From assembly GCA_050273025.1 (NCBI GenBank), contig CP158635.1:30008001-30072000 (forward strand): 64,000 nucleotides of DNA, in the 5' to 3' direction. Positions 39,291 through 53,700 of this stretch are shown in pieces. The notes beneath the pieces were generated by a model. That model was not told the origin of the DNA and ran no database searches. It saw only the letters and a list, made by a program, of their open reading frames with translations. This DNA is from Cenococcum geophilum. Taxonomy: Eukaryota. Within the stretch, counting starts at the first letter, position 1; every line of letters begins with the position of its first letter. The translations under genes were made by a program, and so were the position numbers.

Positions 39291-42200
39291 TGTGACGGCG
39301 CTGGGGCACTGCCCCTGCGACGTTTACATGCAGCCTAGTCAGGGGCTCGCTTAGGGACTTGGCTCGTGTATATAGACCTATCCTTTCCTCGACCTTCTTC
39401 TGCTCCTTAGCTTAGTATCTTCGTAATATAGCATTCTACAAGCTTTGGTTTAGAGGCATTTGTACGAGCCGTAACATTATACTAAGCTTACCTACCCCGG
39501 GGGGGACTTCATTCGTTTTAAAGCTCCCTCTTTACCTCGCCTGGGAAGGCCTGGATAATCTCCCACCCCCGTTCCGCGTGTTCTAGGAGGACACGCGTCA
39601 AACACCCCTAGCTGCGCGTCGTCGACGCGTCGAGTCGCTATTATTGATACTGGGAGCCGGTATTTAAGCAGCTAGAAGGTCTCCTGTGGATAAGGACGAC
39701 TGCCTGGGAAAGCAATAATATCTTACCACCCCTCTAACCTTTTTAACTGACACGGAGTTGTACGAGCTGCAGAGACGACCTCGGTTGAGACTTAGCCTAG
39801 GGCCGCGAGGAACGAAGTGATCCTGTCTAGAGCCTGGAACTGATCCTGCAGTGTTAGCTAAGATAAGCTGAGACATAACCCGCGCCGTGCCATTGGGCAG
39901 TAGGTGCATGTTGTCCGCGAAGTCCTCTAGTATGCATTAGGTTTAGGCTAACGGCTAAGACAAGCTAAGACATAACCCGCGCCGTGCCATTAGGCGGTAG
40001 GTGTATGTTGTCCGCGAGTCCTCTAGAACGAATTCTATCCGTTGTTCTCTAGCTACTACTACTATAATAACCACCCCGATTAATACTGAGCTGTATAAGG
40101 AGAGTCGGAAATTAATTAGGAAGGACCTATCGCTGGCACTATATTACTACCCTAAACCCTTAAACCCGATTACCGACTATGCCGATATACCTACAGTCTG
40201 ATTAACTAACGATTGCGCCGATACGCCTGCGATACGCCTGCGATTCGAATGCGGCCCAAAAGGGATTTAAAAGCAAACCCGATAACCTGTCGCGCCGATA
40301 TACCTGCGATATGACTCTCTGACTTGTCTATAAACGCCTTATAGATATACGTTAAGTTCTTATTAACAACTACCGTACCTAATCGACCTGAACCTTACTA
40401 TTAACCTAGACAGTCTCTCGATCTTACGGCCGAATACATCTATAAGCATTACAGTCCTACGTACAGGGGTACTAGGAATCTGGGGGAGAATTTAAGTAAT
40501 TTATAGCACTCTTAATTAGGAGAACAAATTAGGAAAATTATTCCGATTTATGGCACTCCCCAAATAGCTCTGCAGATGAGCCTATTTATCTCCACAACCT
40601 CTTATAAACTATCAAGTTTTTTCTTAATAGCCTTTTATACGACCTTCTATAAACGAGATAGCCTACTATTACAAAAGTATGTCTCACCATTCGTTAATAA
40701 GAATCGAAATATCAATACGTACCCTCTTAATACCATTTATTGACTACCCTCAAACTACCTACTACTTAATGGCAGTCCTCCTTTAAACGATAAGCTATGA
40801 ATCTGCTATCTAGTAGTATCTCTTCTTTTCTCTTTAAATACTATATTATAGCTTACCCTTAAATAACTATGCTCGAATATTAAAGCGCACTCTTTCTTTA
40901 ATACCTTTGACTCTTTAATAAAGAATTAAAATATCAACACGCACCTTCTTAATACCTCTTTTAATACCTCTCTAATAACGACTTAATATGCCAAATCAAC
41001 GGCATTCCTACGAGTCCTCGATCGACCCTGGATATCCGTCACTTAAAGCGATATCCTCAATCAAATATAAATATTCGAATACGGCTGCTAACCCTATAGC
41101 GTACCTTTGAATCTCCTAATAACACTTAAATACGTTTACTATATTACAACAACCTGTTCTAAGAATTATAAGAATATTAACAAACTATATACCGATACCC
41201 TAATCAATTCCTGTTAAATTATTAAATATACTATAATCAACAGTATACTTTAACTAATTAATACCTTAACGAGAATCAACCTATCGGCGCGTCTCCCTTA
41301 ATACCCTACTTATATAATAACTGGTTAAATATACTACGATTAATAGCATACCTTAAACCAATCGATCAACTGTGGCTAGTAGTACGATAGTATCTCTACT
41401 AGTTAATGGCATATTAATTAATTGAATAATTAATAACGTCTCAAACTACCTACCAATTAATAGTAGACCTTAAGAAACCGATAGACGGATCGTGCCATTA
41501 CGCCTACAATCCGAATGCGATCCGAACGCGAACCCGACCGACCGTCGTGCCGATATACCTGCGACACGAACTATAACTTTAATAACGACCGTATAAGTTT
41601 ATTAACGATTAACTGCTCCCTTACTAATTTAATTATCTTCTTCTTAACCTACGGTGATCCTTTTTAACTAACACTAAGCTACGCATACTAAGGAACGACT
41701 ACGGTTAATACTGAGTTATATAAGCTTACCTCAGGCATTTATATACTTCGACAACGAGGTTAATACTAAGCTGTAAAGCTTTAACAATGAAATCGATTTA
41801 GACAAACTAGATAATAATCGCGCCAATACGCCTGCGATCCGAATGCAATTTAAACGCGATTTAAATGCAAACCGATTAACTAATCGTGCCGTTATACCTG
41901 CGATTAATCGACCAATGATAGCGCCGATACGCCTGCTATCTACTATCTAACGCTAGCACCGTACTACCACCCGACCTCTACGATATACCTCTCGCAGCTA
42001 AACTAACACCTTACTGCCTTGCTATAGCTAGTTAACTTTTACTGCCCTACCTGCAGCTAATCCCAATTTAACCATTACTACTCTGCCTATAGCACTACTA
42101 CCAACTTCTACTGCCCCGCTTATAGTAATAACTATATATAAGGTAGAGCTTCGCTCCCTAAAATACAACCCTAATACTAGCACTATACTACTACCGAATA

Positions 42201-43867
42201 AATAAGAGCTCGTGCCGATATGCATATGAGCTATATTTTTTTTTATAGCTTAGGGCGCGCTATATTAAAGGAGGAGGTAGAGAGCTAGGAGGTACTAAGT
42301 TTTAAAAGGAGGAATAATGACTATAAAGGGCTCCTAGCGATATACACCTCTTGTAGCAGTAGGACGGCTACATGCCCTACGCTAACCTAACAACGACTAT
42401 GTTAATACGCCTACAGTCTAACTAATAGACCAATTGTGTTAATACGCCTATAATTTACTAACTAACTAATAGACCGAGTTCTATATTTAACCACTATTAC
42501 CACCTAACGCTTGCACTGTACTGCTATTTATAATAGACCTCCGCTGCTCTACCTATAGCCAATTAACCCTTACTGCTTTATAAGCAGCCGACTACCCTTG
42601 CTACTCTGCCTGCAGCTAATTAACTACTTACTGCCCTGCCTGCAGCCAACCGACTTCTACTACTCTGCCTACAGTACCACACTCGACCTCTACTGCTTCG
42701 CCTATAGCTAAACTAACACCTACTGCTCTGCCTGCAGCTAAACAAACAGACCCTTGCTGCTCTGCCTACAGCAGATCCCGATTTAACTATCGCTGCTCTA
42801 CCTATAGCACTACAACTAACTTCTACTGCCCTGCTTACAGTAATAACTATATATAAGGAGAGCTTTGCTCCTTAAAATACAACTCTGCCGCTAGCACCGT
42901 ACTGCTACCTGAATTGATAAGCTCCGCGCTAATATGCCTATAAAACTACGACCTATTAATAAGATTCTGTGCCGATTTGCTTATGGAATATAACTCTATT
43001 ACTAGCATTATACTGCCACCCAAACGACCCTATCGCTAGTACTATACTACTACTAGACCTTTACTGCTCCACCTATAGCTAAATATAATACCTTACTATG
43101 TTGCTGTAGCTAACTAATACCTACTGCCCTACCTATAGCACCATAACTGACTTCTACTACCCCGCTTGTAGTAATAACTATATATAAGGGAGAGCTTTGC
43201 CCCTTAGAATACGACCCTACTACTAGCACTGTACTACTACTAAACGGATAAAAGCTTGTGCCGATATATATGCGAGCTATAACTCCCTAACCCTCCCACC
43301 CTTATTAAAACTTTTTTACCTACCTTTTTATAAGAGGAGGAGTAGGGGGGCTTTTTTTATGGCTTGGGGCGCGCTATAATAAAAGGGGGGATAGTAGAGC
43401 TAGGAGGTACTAGAGTTCTAGAGGAGGAACGACTAACAGAGGGCTCCTAGCGATATACCTCTTGTAGTAGTAGGAGCTGCAGGACGGCTGCCTACCCCAC
43501 GTTAACTAGGTATAGTAATATACCCCTATAGTAGTAGGAGCTGCAGGACTGCTATAAGTCCTACGTTAACTAGCATTGCGATTAAGCGCTAGATACTAGA
43601 TTTTTTTTCTTTTCTTTTTCTTTCTTTTCTATAAGGGGATAAAGCCTAAGGGCAGGCTTTTTTGGAAGGGGGGGGGGGTAATGTGACGGCGCTAGGGCAC
43701 TGCCCCTGCGACGTTTACATGCAGCCTAGTTAGGGGCTCGCTTAGGGACTTGGCTCGTGTATATAGACCTATCCTTTCCTTGACCTTCTTCTGCTCCTTA
43801 GCTTAGTATCTTTGTAATACAGCATTCTACAAGCTTTGGTTTAGAGGCATTTATATAAGCCGTAATA
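39291..43867 (+). mobile_element. Non-autonomous LTR element (LARD-like), 186-bp LTRs 39291-39476 and 43682-43867
   Basis: TGTGACGGC...GCCGTAACA LTR pair, TSD TATAC, G-rich polypurine tract before the right LTR. The interior has internal duplications and no recognisable gag/pol motifs. Confidence 0.85.
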
Positions 43868-45160
43868 TATACCTAATAACTCCTTATTATAAATGTTATA
43901 GTTTAACTCTAGTAGTATTATCTTCCTACTATAGTATACTACTAGGTGCCATCCGTCTAGATATTTCTATATAAAGTATGCCCCTAATATAAAGTCTAAT
44001 ACATTCGTTTTTATAACCGTCTCTAGACCTAGTTAATAGATCTTAAGAACTAGCTCCTAGGTAAATAACCTTTTAACTTTCTTAAATAGTTCTTATTATT
44101 CCTTTCCCTATACCTATAGTTCTTCTTTCTTTATTAGTCGCGTAAATGGTTTAATATTCTTTAACCATTACGCTATAAACCTTCTATAGTAATTACAAAA
44201 CCCTAAGAATAATCTTAATTATATAACGTTCTCTAGTTCCTACTAATTTACTATAGCCTCGATCTTCTTTAGATCTATATTAAGTTAGCCTAGTTTAATA
44301 ATAAATCCTATAAAATTGGTCTTCCTAGTAAAGAACTCGCATTTCTTAATTGCTACTAGCATTTATTCTTCTTATAATCTCTTTAAAACCCATTTAATAT
44401 ATTCTCTGTATTCTTCCTTAGTTATTAAGTAAATAATAATAATATTAAAATATACTATAATAAATTTATCTAAGTGTTCTCCTAATATATTATTAATACG
44501 CTTTTAAAACGTTACTAGTGCGTTTATAAGCCCGAATTGTATAACTAATAGTTTATATAGTCCTTCCTTTAACCTAAAGGCTGCCTTTTATTTGTTGCCT
44601 TCCTTAATTCTAATCTAATAGTACGCCTATCTTAGATCTATCTTTGTAAAGATTTACGCATTACCTATCCTATCTTAGATTTCGCTAATTAAAGGTAAAG
44701 GATACCTATTCTTTTTGGTAATGCTATTTAACTATCTATAGTCAATATATAGCCTTAGCTTACTATTTTTCTTTAGTACAAATAGTACTGGATAACCCGC
44801 TAATGACTGTAATAGTCTAATATATCCCTTTTATAAGTTCTCCTAGATAAACTCTTTTAACGCTCTACCTTCTTCTTTAGTAAGCTTATTAAAAAGAACC
44901 TTAAACTTATTTCTAGTTCTAATTCTATCTTATAGTCCTATACTATATACTCTAACAGCTTTTTACTCTCTAGTAACCATAATTTCTTGCTATACTTGTA
45001 GTATCTCTTTAGTATATAGCTTAGCCCTTTTTCTGTTTCCTTATAGGTCGCTCCTACTTAGTACTATACTAACTTGGCTTATTATTACATCTTGCGGCAT
45101 TAAGTATCCCTAATATTGACTTAACCTATAACCCAATTAATCTTTAAATTATATTCCTAT

Positions 45161-45422
45161 TGTGGTGGTGTAGATTGGACGACGCCTAGTGCCTTGGCAT
45201 TTTCCTATATTTATAGAGCCTTCGGCTTCCTTCCTTCTTTCCTCTATTATATTTATCACGACCTTACCAGTTACCAGAAATACACTCTTTTCTTTCTTTC
45301 TTACTGACTGTTCTACTGACTAATTACGACCGACCGACCGACCGACCGACCGACCGACCGACAGACAGACAGACAGGCAGCACTGTGACTTTCCTATCTT
45401 AGAGAGGTCGTACCCTCCCACA
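45161..45422. mobile_element. Solo LTR-like insertion (262 bp) containing a (GACC)n(GACA)n microsatellite
   Basis: TGTGG...CCACA termini, 4-bp TSD CTAT. Absent from the homologous site in copy 1 (~1985-1995). Confidence 0.8.
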
Positions 45423-48400
45423 CTATAACCAAGGCATTCCTAATACTGCCATATTATTTCCTAATAGTAATATATTAAAAGACATCTTAATTTATCTTCC
45501 TTTAATGGTTAACTAAATAGGTCCTGTTTTAAGATTAATAATACCTCCTCTATAGGCTATCGGATCTCCTAAAATTGTCACTAATAGGTAAAAATATTCC
45601 TTCTTTCTATATAGTAACCCTATTCTTTTAACTGCTGCTAGTAAGATATAGTTCCTTATTGCTCTACTATTTATTAATGCCTTAAACTATTAATCTTGCC
45701 ACTTTACTCGTAAATTTAGGTATTGTTCTTAAATTCCTTTAAGGGTTTAAGGCTCTACTACTAGCTCCTTCTAGTCCTATAGGCCTCTACTTTTCTTAAC
45801 TATTAGCTGCTAGATCCTATTTATACTTAGTTTAACTTAGGCTAATACTTAGTTTGCTTCTTATATTTAATATACTATAGATAGGTATTCTCTAAACATT
45901 TCTACCATTATCGTCTATTTAGGTATTCTTCCGTAAGGAATCTTCCTAGTTAAAGTATTAAGTCCCCTTATTTTTAAACTTCTACTAGGTACTAACTAGG
46001 TATATATTTAGTATTTTAATATTTCGCCTTATCCGTTAACTAATACATTCTTACTAGGTATTTCCGGTTCTTATCTTTAGGTATTCTATGCATATTATAT
46101 ATATTATCTATATATGCGATCCATACCAGCGTGTAATATACTTAGTGTCTTAGGTTAACTTTTGGCTCGTCTTTATCCTTAAGTTTAAACCTCTCTTATA
46201 TTAATCTAAGCGTTATAACTTCGTTTATAGGTACTAAGATTTGCCTTTTACTTCTCTAGTCCTCTAATTACTCCTCTAGATCCTTTAATATTATAATTAA
46301 GGCTCCTTTAATATGATTTATAGCCTTTTCTATAATTAGGTGGTCTTGGATAACTTTTTTATCTAGCCATATATAGAAATCTTCCCACTCGTTACTATAT
46401 TATTGTCTATACCACTTTTAGTATAACCCCTTAAGTATATACGGTTCGTCCGTAAGGAAGTATCTTCTTATTACTATATTATAACAGCCTTTAGTATATC
46501 GTTCTTCGAACCTAGTTAAAATTCCTAGATCCTCTTCTTATTTCAGTTCGGTAAGCCACTTAGCTCTTAGTGTGCCTACTCTAGGCCTATTAGTAATCTT
46601 TTATATAGGTACTCTATCCCTTATACATCCTAATATACTAGATCTCTTATTTAGTTTCTATTCTTACTATAAGGTAATTCTTGCTCTAAATTCCTTTATA
46701 GTTTCTTTCTTATTACATCTTACGAGTAAATCCTTAAAGTTATCTTACTTCTTAATCTCATTAATAGTCCTTATTTATGTATTAAAATCTTAGTTCTATA
46801 GGATTCTTAATCCTAAGCTTACTTCTATCTTAAGCTTAGCTCTTACCTTAGTCTAACTAGGCTTAGGTATTCTTATCTCGTTTTAAAAGTCTTAAATCTT
46901 ACTTATCTTATTTTAAGAATCTTATACCTTTAGGAAACTCTATCCCAAGCTTATTTGTATATCTTTAAACTAAGCTGCTGCCCTACTCTATTGGTTTTTG
47001 TCCGTTATGGGTCCTTAGGTATACCTTATCTTACTTTAAAAATCTTAGTCGTTTTTTATCTCATCTTAAGAATTTTAAGCCTTTAGCCTTTTGCCTTTAT
47101 TAAGTAATAAATTAGCACTAGTAGTTGTCTGCTTGCTTAATCTCTATAAAATACTCTTCCTTTTATCTTATAAAGTAATAGATGCCGTATCTAATGGTGT
47201 TATAATTCCCGTTACTAAACTTTGCTCTATAGCGGTTTTAGTCTCTACTTCTAATATAACTTCTTTAAGGTTTACATGCTCTTAGTAAGCTGCCTTTACT
47301 GCCTTATTATTTGTAAATGTTTCGCCTATATTAAACTTGTCGTCTTTAATATCCGATCTACGTAATAGTTTATTAGTTCCCCTATATTTTAAGGATTTTA
47401 GCTCCTATAGCTAATAGCTTATACCGTACTTAGCGTCTTTATAAATTTGGCATGCGTTATTATAATAAAACGCGAAACTTTTAATTAAATATTCTTTTGT
47501 TCCTTATAGTATACTATTATTCCTCTATATATATGTGTCTTCTGCTAGTCTAGTTCCCTTTATTATATAGTAACTCTAACTATTTTTATAATTCCTTATA
47601 AAGTAACCTAATTTCCCGTAATTTATATAAGCTCTGTTTTTAAACTACTAACTTTGCTATAAAGTCCGCCTAAATATCTTCTACTGCTAAGATCCCTAGT
47701 TTAGCCTCTGCTCTTTAGTCCTATAATCACTAAATCCTTAACCTTTAGGTTTCTATAGTTTCTTACTTTATCTCTTATAGGCTTCTCTAGTACCGCTTAG
47801 GTCTATTAGCTCTGCGCTATACTATAATTTCTAACTTAGCTTTAGTCGTTGCATACTCTATATCTTATATAACTATAAAACTCTATCTTAACCCTTCTTG
47901 GTCTATTCCCTTTGGTAGATCTAATTATTAATCTTAATCGCTTAATCTATTAACTCCCTTAAGGTATCCGCATCTTCTATTAGGATAATTACGTCCTAGA
48001 CTTTAGCCTTAAGTCCCTATTTATACTATGCTATAAGCGCCCTATTATTCTACTCTACTTATGTTACTAGCGTCTAGAACTATATCGTGTATTTAATTAC
48101 TAAGGTTTATTACGTAATGTCTTAAAGCTTCCTTTCTGCTATAGTTGTTACCTCTAGATCTTTAAATATCTATATTAGTCGCTCCGTAAACCCTTCCTAA
48201 CTTAAGAATATAAACCGTACGTCCTAATTGGTGGTTGTTATTCTATTCGCCTATATCTCTATAAGGTAAGGCTTAAACTACTTAAGTGCTCTTCCTAATA
48301 GGAATAATCCTGTATACGCTATCCGATCTATAGGTGTTACTAGCTTTACTCCATCTTATGTAACCTTAAAGTGCATTTACGTAAAAAATCCTTTAAGCTT

Positions 48401-50749
48401 TAATCTCTCTTCTAAAAATCTTTTAATTAATAGTAACTTAACCTTTACTACCCCTATTCTATTAATCCTTTGTTTAAGTATTGTATTATTCTCTATTAAC
48501 TAGTTAACTATCTCTTATAATTGTCTAACCGTTATAGGTTGTTATAAGTTAGTATCTGCTATATTAGTATCGCCCCCTAACCTTAAAGTAGTTGCCGCCG
48601 TCGATGGCGTTATAGTAGCTGCTTTTAGTAGCATGTTGTTTAACTTTCTATATTTAATACTATAACTAGGTAGTAATTATATAACGGAACCTTGTAGCAA
48701 GTACTACGATAGGCTTATTATTAGGCTAGGTGTATAGGTAATATAAATTAAAGTTAACAACGTAATAATAACTGGTAGAGTGGTTGCCTAATAGATTAAC
48801 TCTAATTATATTTTAAGAATCACTATAAGGAAAGAACTATCTAGAGTAGGGACTATGGTCCTTTAAATACATAACCGTACTCCTAGGAAACCCTCCTTAT
48901 ACGTAATATACGTGTTATATATAAGGTATATAAGTTCCTCTCGTTCCTCTTGTTACATAGTTCTACCGGTTCCATCCTAGACCGTGGCTATATTAACTAA
49001 CTAGCTTCTTTTAACTCTTCCCCAAGTAGTCGTAATATTGTACTTAAAGCGTCCGTAATATTTATTAATTATATATTATATAATTAAGTTAATTAAGCTA
49101 TAAAGGATAATGGCTTATAAAAAGGTGTTATAATAACTATTCTACCTAGTTTTAACCAGCTTTACTACTTCTAGTATATTAAAATTGGGGCTTAGTAAGA
49201 CCTCTTACTTAGCCTTTTAGTAGGATTTAAATAGTTAATAAAGCTGCGGTATATTAATGGAATTAGGAATATTAATAAGGACGCTAAAGGGGCCTTCTTT
49301 TTATAATTCTTTTAGGAAACGTTTTTTGTCCTATATAGTAGAAGTTAATAAGTAAGTAAAAAAATAATATTTACTTACTAACTTACCGGTACGTTCTCTT
49401 AATTATTCTAATATACGTCTTTATCTTTTCTAAATATAATTAACTAAGTAACGGGATTAAGCGTATAAGTTACGCACTAAATATATTAATTATCCTTTCT
49501 AAAATTAAAGACGGTAGCTAGATAATCTAAGTAGGTATTATTATTTCTAGCGTTATCAGTAACAAAATAGCTAAGGTTCTCTTTAGTGACTTTAAAATAA
49601 GCTAAAATATTACTAATTACTACGGCGTAGTTAATTTTAGTATAGCGGCCAAGTTGCTCTAGTAGAGCGGTTAAGTAGTTAATAACTCTGCCCTTATAAT
49701 TAAGATAATAAATATAGACGCTAGTAAGTAAGTGCTTACTACTATATATAGTCTAGCTATTAAATAAGAAGTAAAGCTTTAAGTAGGCGTTCGTAAGTTT
49801 ATTATATACGGCTAGTTAGTTAGCTTTATAGTTAGCCATTATATAAACGCGAATTAATTAATGGTTCTTCTAAATATAACTCTTAGCGTTAGAATTTACA
49901 GCAGCTATTATACTACGGAAAGTAGGTGTTTTAACCTTTTATAGAGGGTAATTATTTACAGTTATTTATTTAATTACTAATTATTTAAAGCGCTTTGCGT
50001 TAAAGCCGCCGATAAACTTATATATAAGTCCCTAAGAGATTATATACCTATTATAAAGAAGTTCTAGAACTATTACTTTACGTTTCTTTGTCTTAAATAT
50101 AATCTCACTATACTTATTATATTTATAGCCTGCTTTATTTTCTATAAGGCGTTTTTTAAAAGTAAAAGTAGCTAGAGTAATATTAAATTAGCCGCCTAGT
50201 ATAAAGCGCTAATAGTAATACACGCACTATTAGTATATTTATTTACTAATATAATAATAAAGCTAATATCTGTACTTATATATAAAGCTAAAATTCCTTT
50301 CTTATAATAGAATCCCCTAGAAGGTACATATTAGATGCAATAGTAGGAGGTTTTATCTATATTTTATCTATGTTTTATTTACATCCCAAAAGACACAGGC
50401 AAATAAATAAGGGGCGAAGGGTTTTACTAGTGTCTTAAAAGGATTATATAGGGAGCTAGTTCTCCTCTAAAGAAGAGCTAGCAATTAGTCTCTAAATAAA
50501 AGAGGTTAGAAAGTATTTATCCTTCATTACGTAAAGCTTATTCTACCTTCTAATTACCTATAACTCTTATTCTACACTATTAATTAGATAATTATATATT
50601 CCGGTTAAACTGGCCTCTTATAATTCTAATCGCTTATAATCTATTATAGAAGGAACGTACGGCTATTAATTAACAATAACGGGCCATACTCCTTTACCAC
50701 CTAAAATAGTGCCCTTACCCTAAGAGGCTAATAGAGTCTCCCTAGAGGA

Positions 50750-53700
50750 TATTACGGAGTAAGTATAGGCGACAATAATATATAGCAAGGTAGATATTAT
50801 TAAGCTATATATATAAACTGTGCAAGGAAGTTAAGATATTATAAGGAAAGAAGGTAGGAAAACGGAAAGAAAGGGTATATATTGTGGACTTAGTTGTTTA
50901 GTTAATACGTATATAGAGTAGAATAGAATTTAGGTAATAGTCCTGGCAGAACTTAGCAGGATTTAGTAAAACTTAGTAGAACTTAGCAGAATATAGCAGA
51001 ATATAGTAGATTGCCGTTAGATTGCCGCAGATTACTATTAGATTACATTCTTATAGTTAATCTCTAGTTGCTAAGTTAGTGGAAATAGGTAAATGTGTAT
51101 AAGGTGTTACGGGGGTATCCTATAATAATACCCCCCCTTTAAACTTAAGCTTCTATAAGGTAGGGCTACGGTAGTTCTAGATAGAGTTTATAAAAGTTTT
51201 CTATAGCTTATATAAGTCCTATAGAGTTAACGGGTTCCTATAAGGGCTTAATAAAGCCTTTCTATTTTGTAAGATATATATATTAGCGTTTCCGTTTATT
51301 ATACTTAATATTATTAATTCTTTTAATAAAGTACTTGTTCTTACTATCTACTTTAACTAATAGGGGAGGGTCTTATATTTATCTGGGCAGGGCGTTTAAT
51401 ATAGGGGTAGTAGGGTAGAGGACTAACGTATAGAATACGGGGTGGATTATAACCGTATTAGGAAGCTTTAGTTAGTAGGCGTAAGAAGAAATAACCTTCT
51501 TAACCTTATAAGGGCCAGCGTTTTTTTTATTAAGCTTTTTAGCAAGGCGTTTTATATTTAGATTTCTTATATCTAGCTAAACAAAGTTACTAATTTAGTA
51601 GGCCGGTGCTGGGGTTTATTTCTTATTTACTATAGCTTTATAGATAGATTGGGCCTATATTATTTTATTAGTAAGAAACTGTTATAGTTCCTCTATCTTC
51701 TCTATAAATTTATTTACTTTTATAACTTATAAGGCATAGTAAGCGGGGTAAGGGATATTACTAAAAGGTTTAAAACCTATTTATAGATACTAGCCGTAGT
51801 TAGCTAGAAATAGAGAGATCTTTCTAGTTTTTAAGATAAAGTTATTTATAGTAAACTTAGCAAATATAAGCTAGTTAATTTAGTTATCTTATAAATATAA
51901 CGTGTATATCCGAATATACTATTCCATTATAGTAGATAATAGTGCTTTAATATAGAGATAAACTAGCTACCTTTATTAGAGATAATTGTTTTAGGGAGTT
52001 TATAGAGTTTCTATATATAGTCTAGGAATAGTTAGGCGATAGTAGGTGTTAATATATTAGGGCAGGCGATTAAGTGTCTTATTTTAGACACTCGGTCTAT
52101 AACTACTATAATATTTATATAGCCTTTACTTATAGGGAGATTAATAATAAAGTCAATTAAGATATTTTTCTATCTTCAGTCTAGAATAGGTAATAGCTTT
52201 AGAAGGCCGTTATATATCTTATATAAAGCTTTAGCTTATTAGTAAATATAGCAGCTAGAGACGTACCTTTATATTATATTATATATATTCGGCTAATAGT
52301 ACTCCCGTTAGAGTAGCTCTAGGGTTTTTCTTTAGCCTAGGTGGCCGGCTGTTAGTAGGTTATATATGTATTTAAAGAGCTTAAGCTTAAGTTTATTGTA
52401 ATTAAGGATAACTAGATAGGTTTAGTAATATAAGCGGTTCCTATAAGATTTATATTTACTTAAAAAGATCTTTTTAAAGCATCTAACGCTATTATAGATT
52501 AGCTTAAGCGTCTTTTAGATAAACTTATTATTTGGGTATTTGTTAATTATAATCTATTTAATTAATTAATTAGTTATTTTAAGGATATATACCGTAAGGT
52601 TTTTAGTAAAAGGGTTAAATAATTTAGGACAAAGTAGGGTTTGATTTTAGTAAAAGCGCGCTATTTTTTAGTGCTAGCGTGTCTTATAAGTATTAAATTA
52701 AAGTATTAGGCTTCTAACCTTAAACGCCTAAATGGTACGTAATTAAAAATCGGAAATAGGATAGATATTCTAACTAGCGGGCCTAATAATAGCTTAGCTA
52801 TTTTATGGTTGTAAAGTAATATAGATTTTTATAGTCGCTAAGGACCTTAATCGGAAATCTGGCGTCTTTTAGTTTTGGTTACCATTATTTAAAACATCTA
52901 ATAATAGCCAGTAACTCCTTATTATAGATCTTATAGTTATATTCGGCTAGGCTCAGTTATTTTAAGTAGTATACTATAGGGTATAATACTCCATCTTTAT
53001 TATATTAAGATAGAATGCCTCTAGTAACATAGTTGGGTAAGTTAGCTTTTATAATACTTATTTAGTTTAGGTTAAAGTATTAAAGTATAGGCGTAATAGT
53101 AAATATAACCTTTAAATAAATAAAGGCCTTCTTGCATTCCTTATTAAAAATAAAAGCTTTATTCTTTTAGGTTAAAGCTATAAAGGATAAAACTAGGGCG
53201 AAGAAGTTATTAATAAACTATTAGTAGAAATTCGCAAATCCTATAAAGGCTCTTACATCCTTAATATTCTCGGGTTCTTACTAGTTTATAATTACTTTAA
53301 CTTTCTTTAGGTCTATTTATATACCGTTTATAGAAATAAGAAGCCTAAGGTTTAGGACTTCTGTTTTATAGAATTCGCATTTATTTATATTTAATTATAG
53401 ACTAGCTCCTTCAAGTTATAGGGCTTATAAAATAAAATAGACATATTTCCGGTATTCGGTTAGGTTATTACTATATATTAGGATATCGTTAATATAAGCA
53501 GTATAGAAGATATCTAGGTAGGGACGTAGGGTGTTATTTATGTAATATTAAAACGAGCTTAGAGCGTTTATAAGGCTAAAGGGTATTACTAAATACTTAA
53601 ATAATTTATATTGGATATGAAATGTAGTAAGCTATTTATCTCCTTTTATAATATAAAGGCAGTTAAATACGGAGATAATATTAAGCTTTGTATAGAAGCG

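Larger units (their letters stand above)
24441..49060 (-). mobile_element. Ty3/Gypsy family A copy 2, full-length scaffold with four nested insertions (3' LTR 24441-24617+30295-30540; 5' LTR 48680-49060)
   Basis: Paired LTRs, TSD TTTAT (24436-24440, 49061-49065), polypurine tract (revcomp CTATCTCCCTCC at 30541). RIP-degenerate gag-PR-RT-RH-IN colinear with 1-5385. Confidence 0.9.
23104..50749 (-). mobile_element. hAT-family DNA transposon 2, split into 23104-24440 and 49061-50749 by Gypsy-A copy 2; 5' part displaced by Gypsy-B
   Basis: Terminus CAGACTTG with GCTT/AAGC subterminal repeats (23104-23240). Dimerization-domain relic LA*MALNILTIPAISDNCE*TFSKA (~23630-23700). YFVTDNARNNNT (~49535-49570) and GRYTKINYA (GxHTG-like, ~49625-49650). 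Confidence 0.8.

Noticed and set aside
40185..41940. Recurrent GCCGATACGCCTGCGAT units as a CRISPR-like array
   Set aside because: Eukaryotic context, irregular spacing and degenerate units inside an LTR element; no cas genes.
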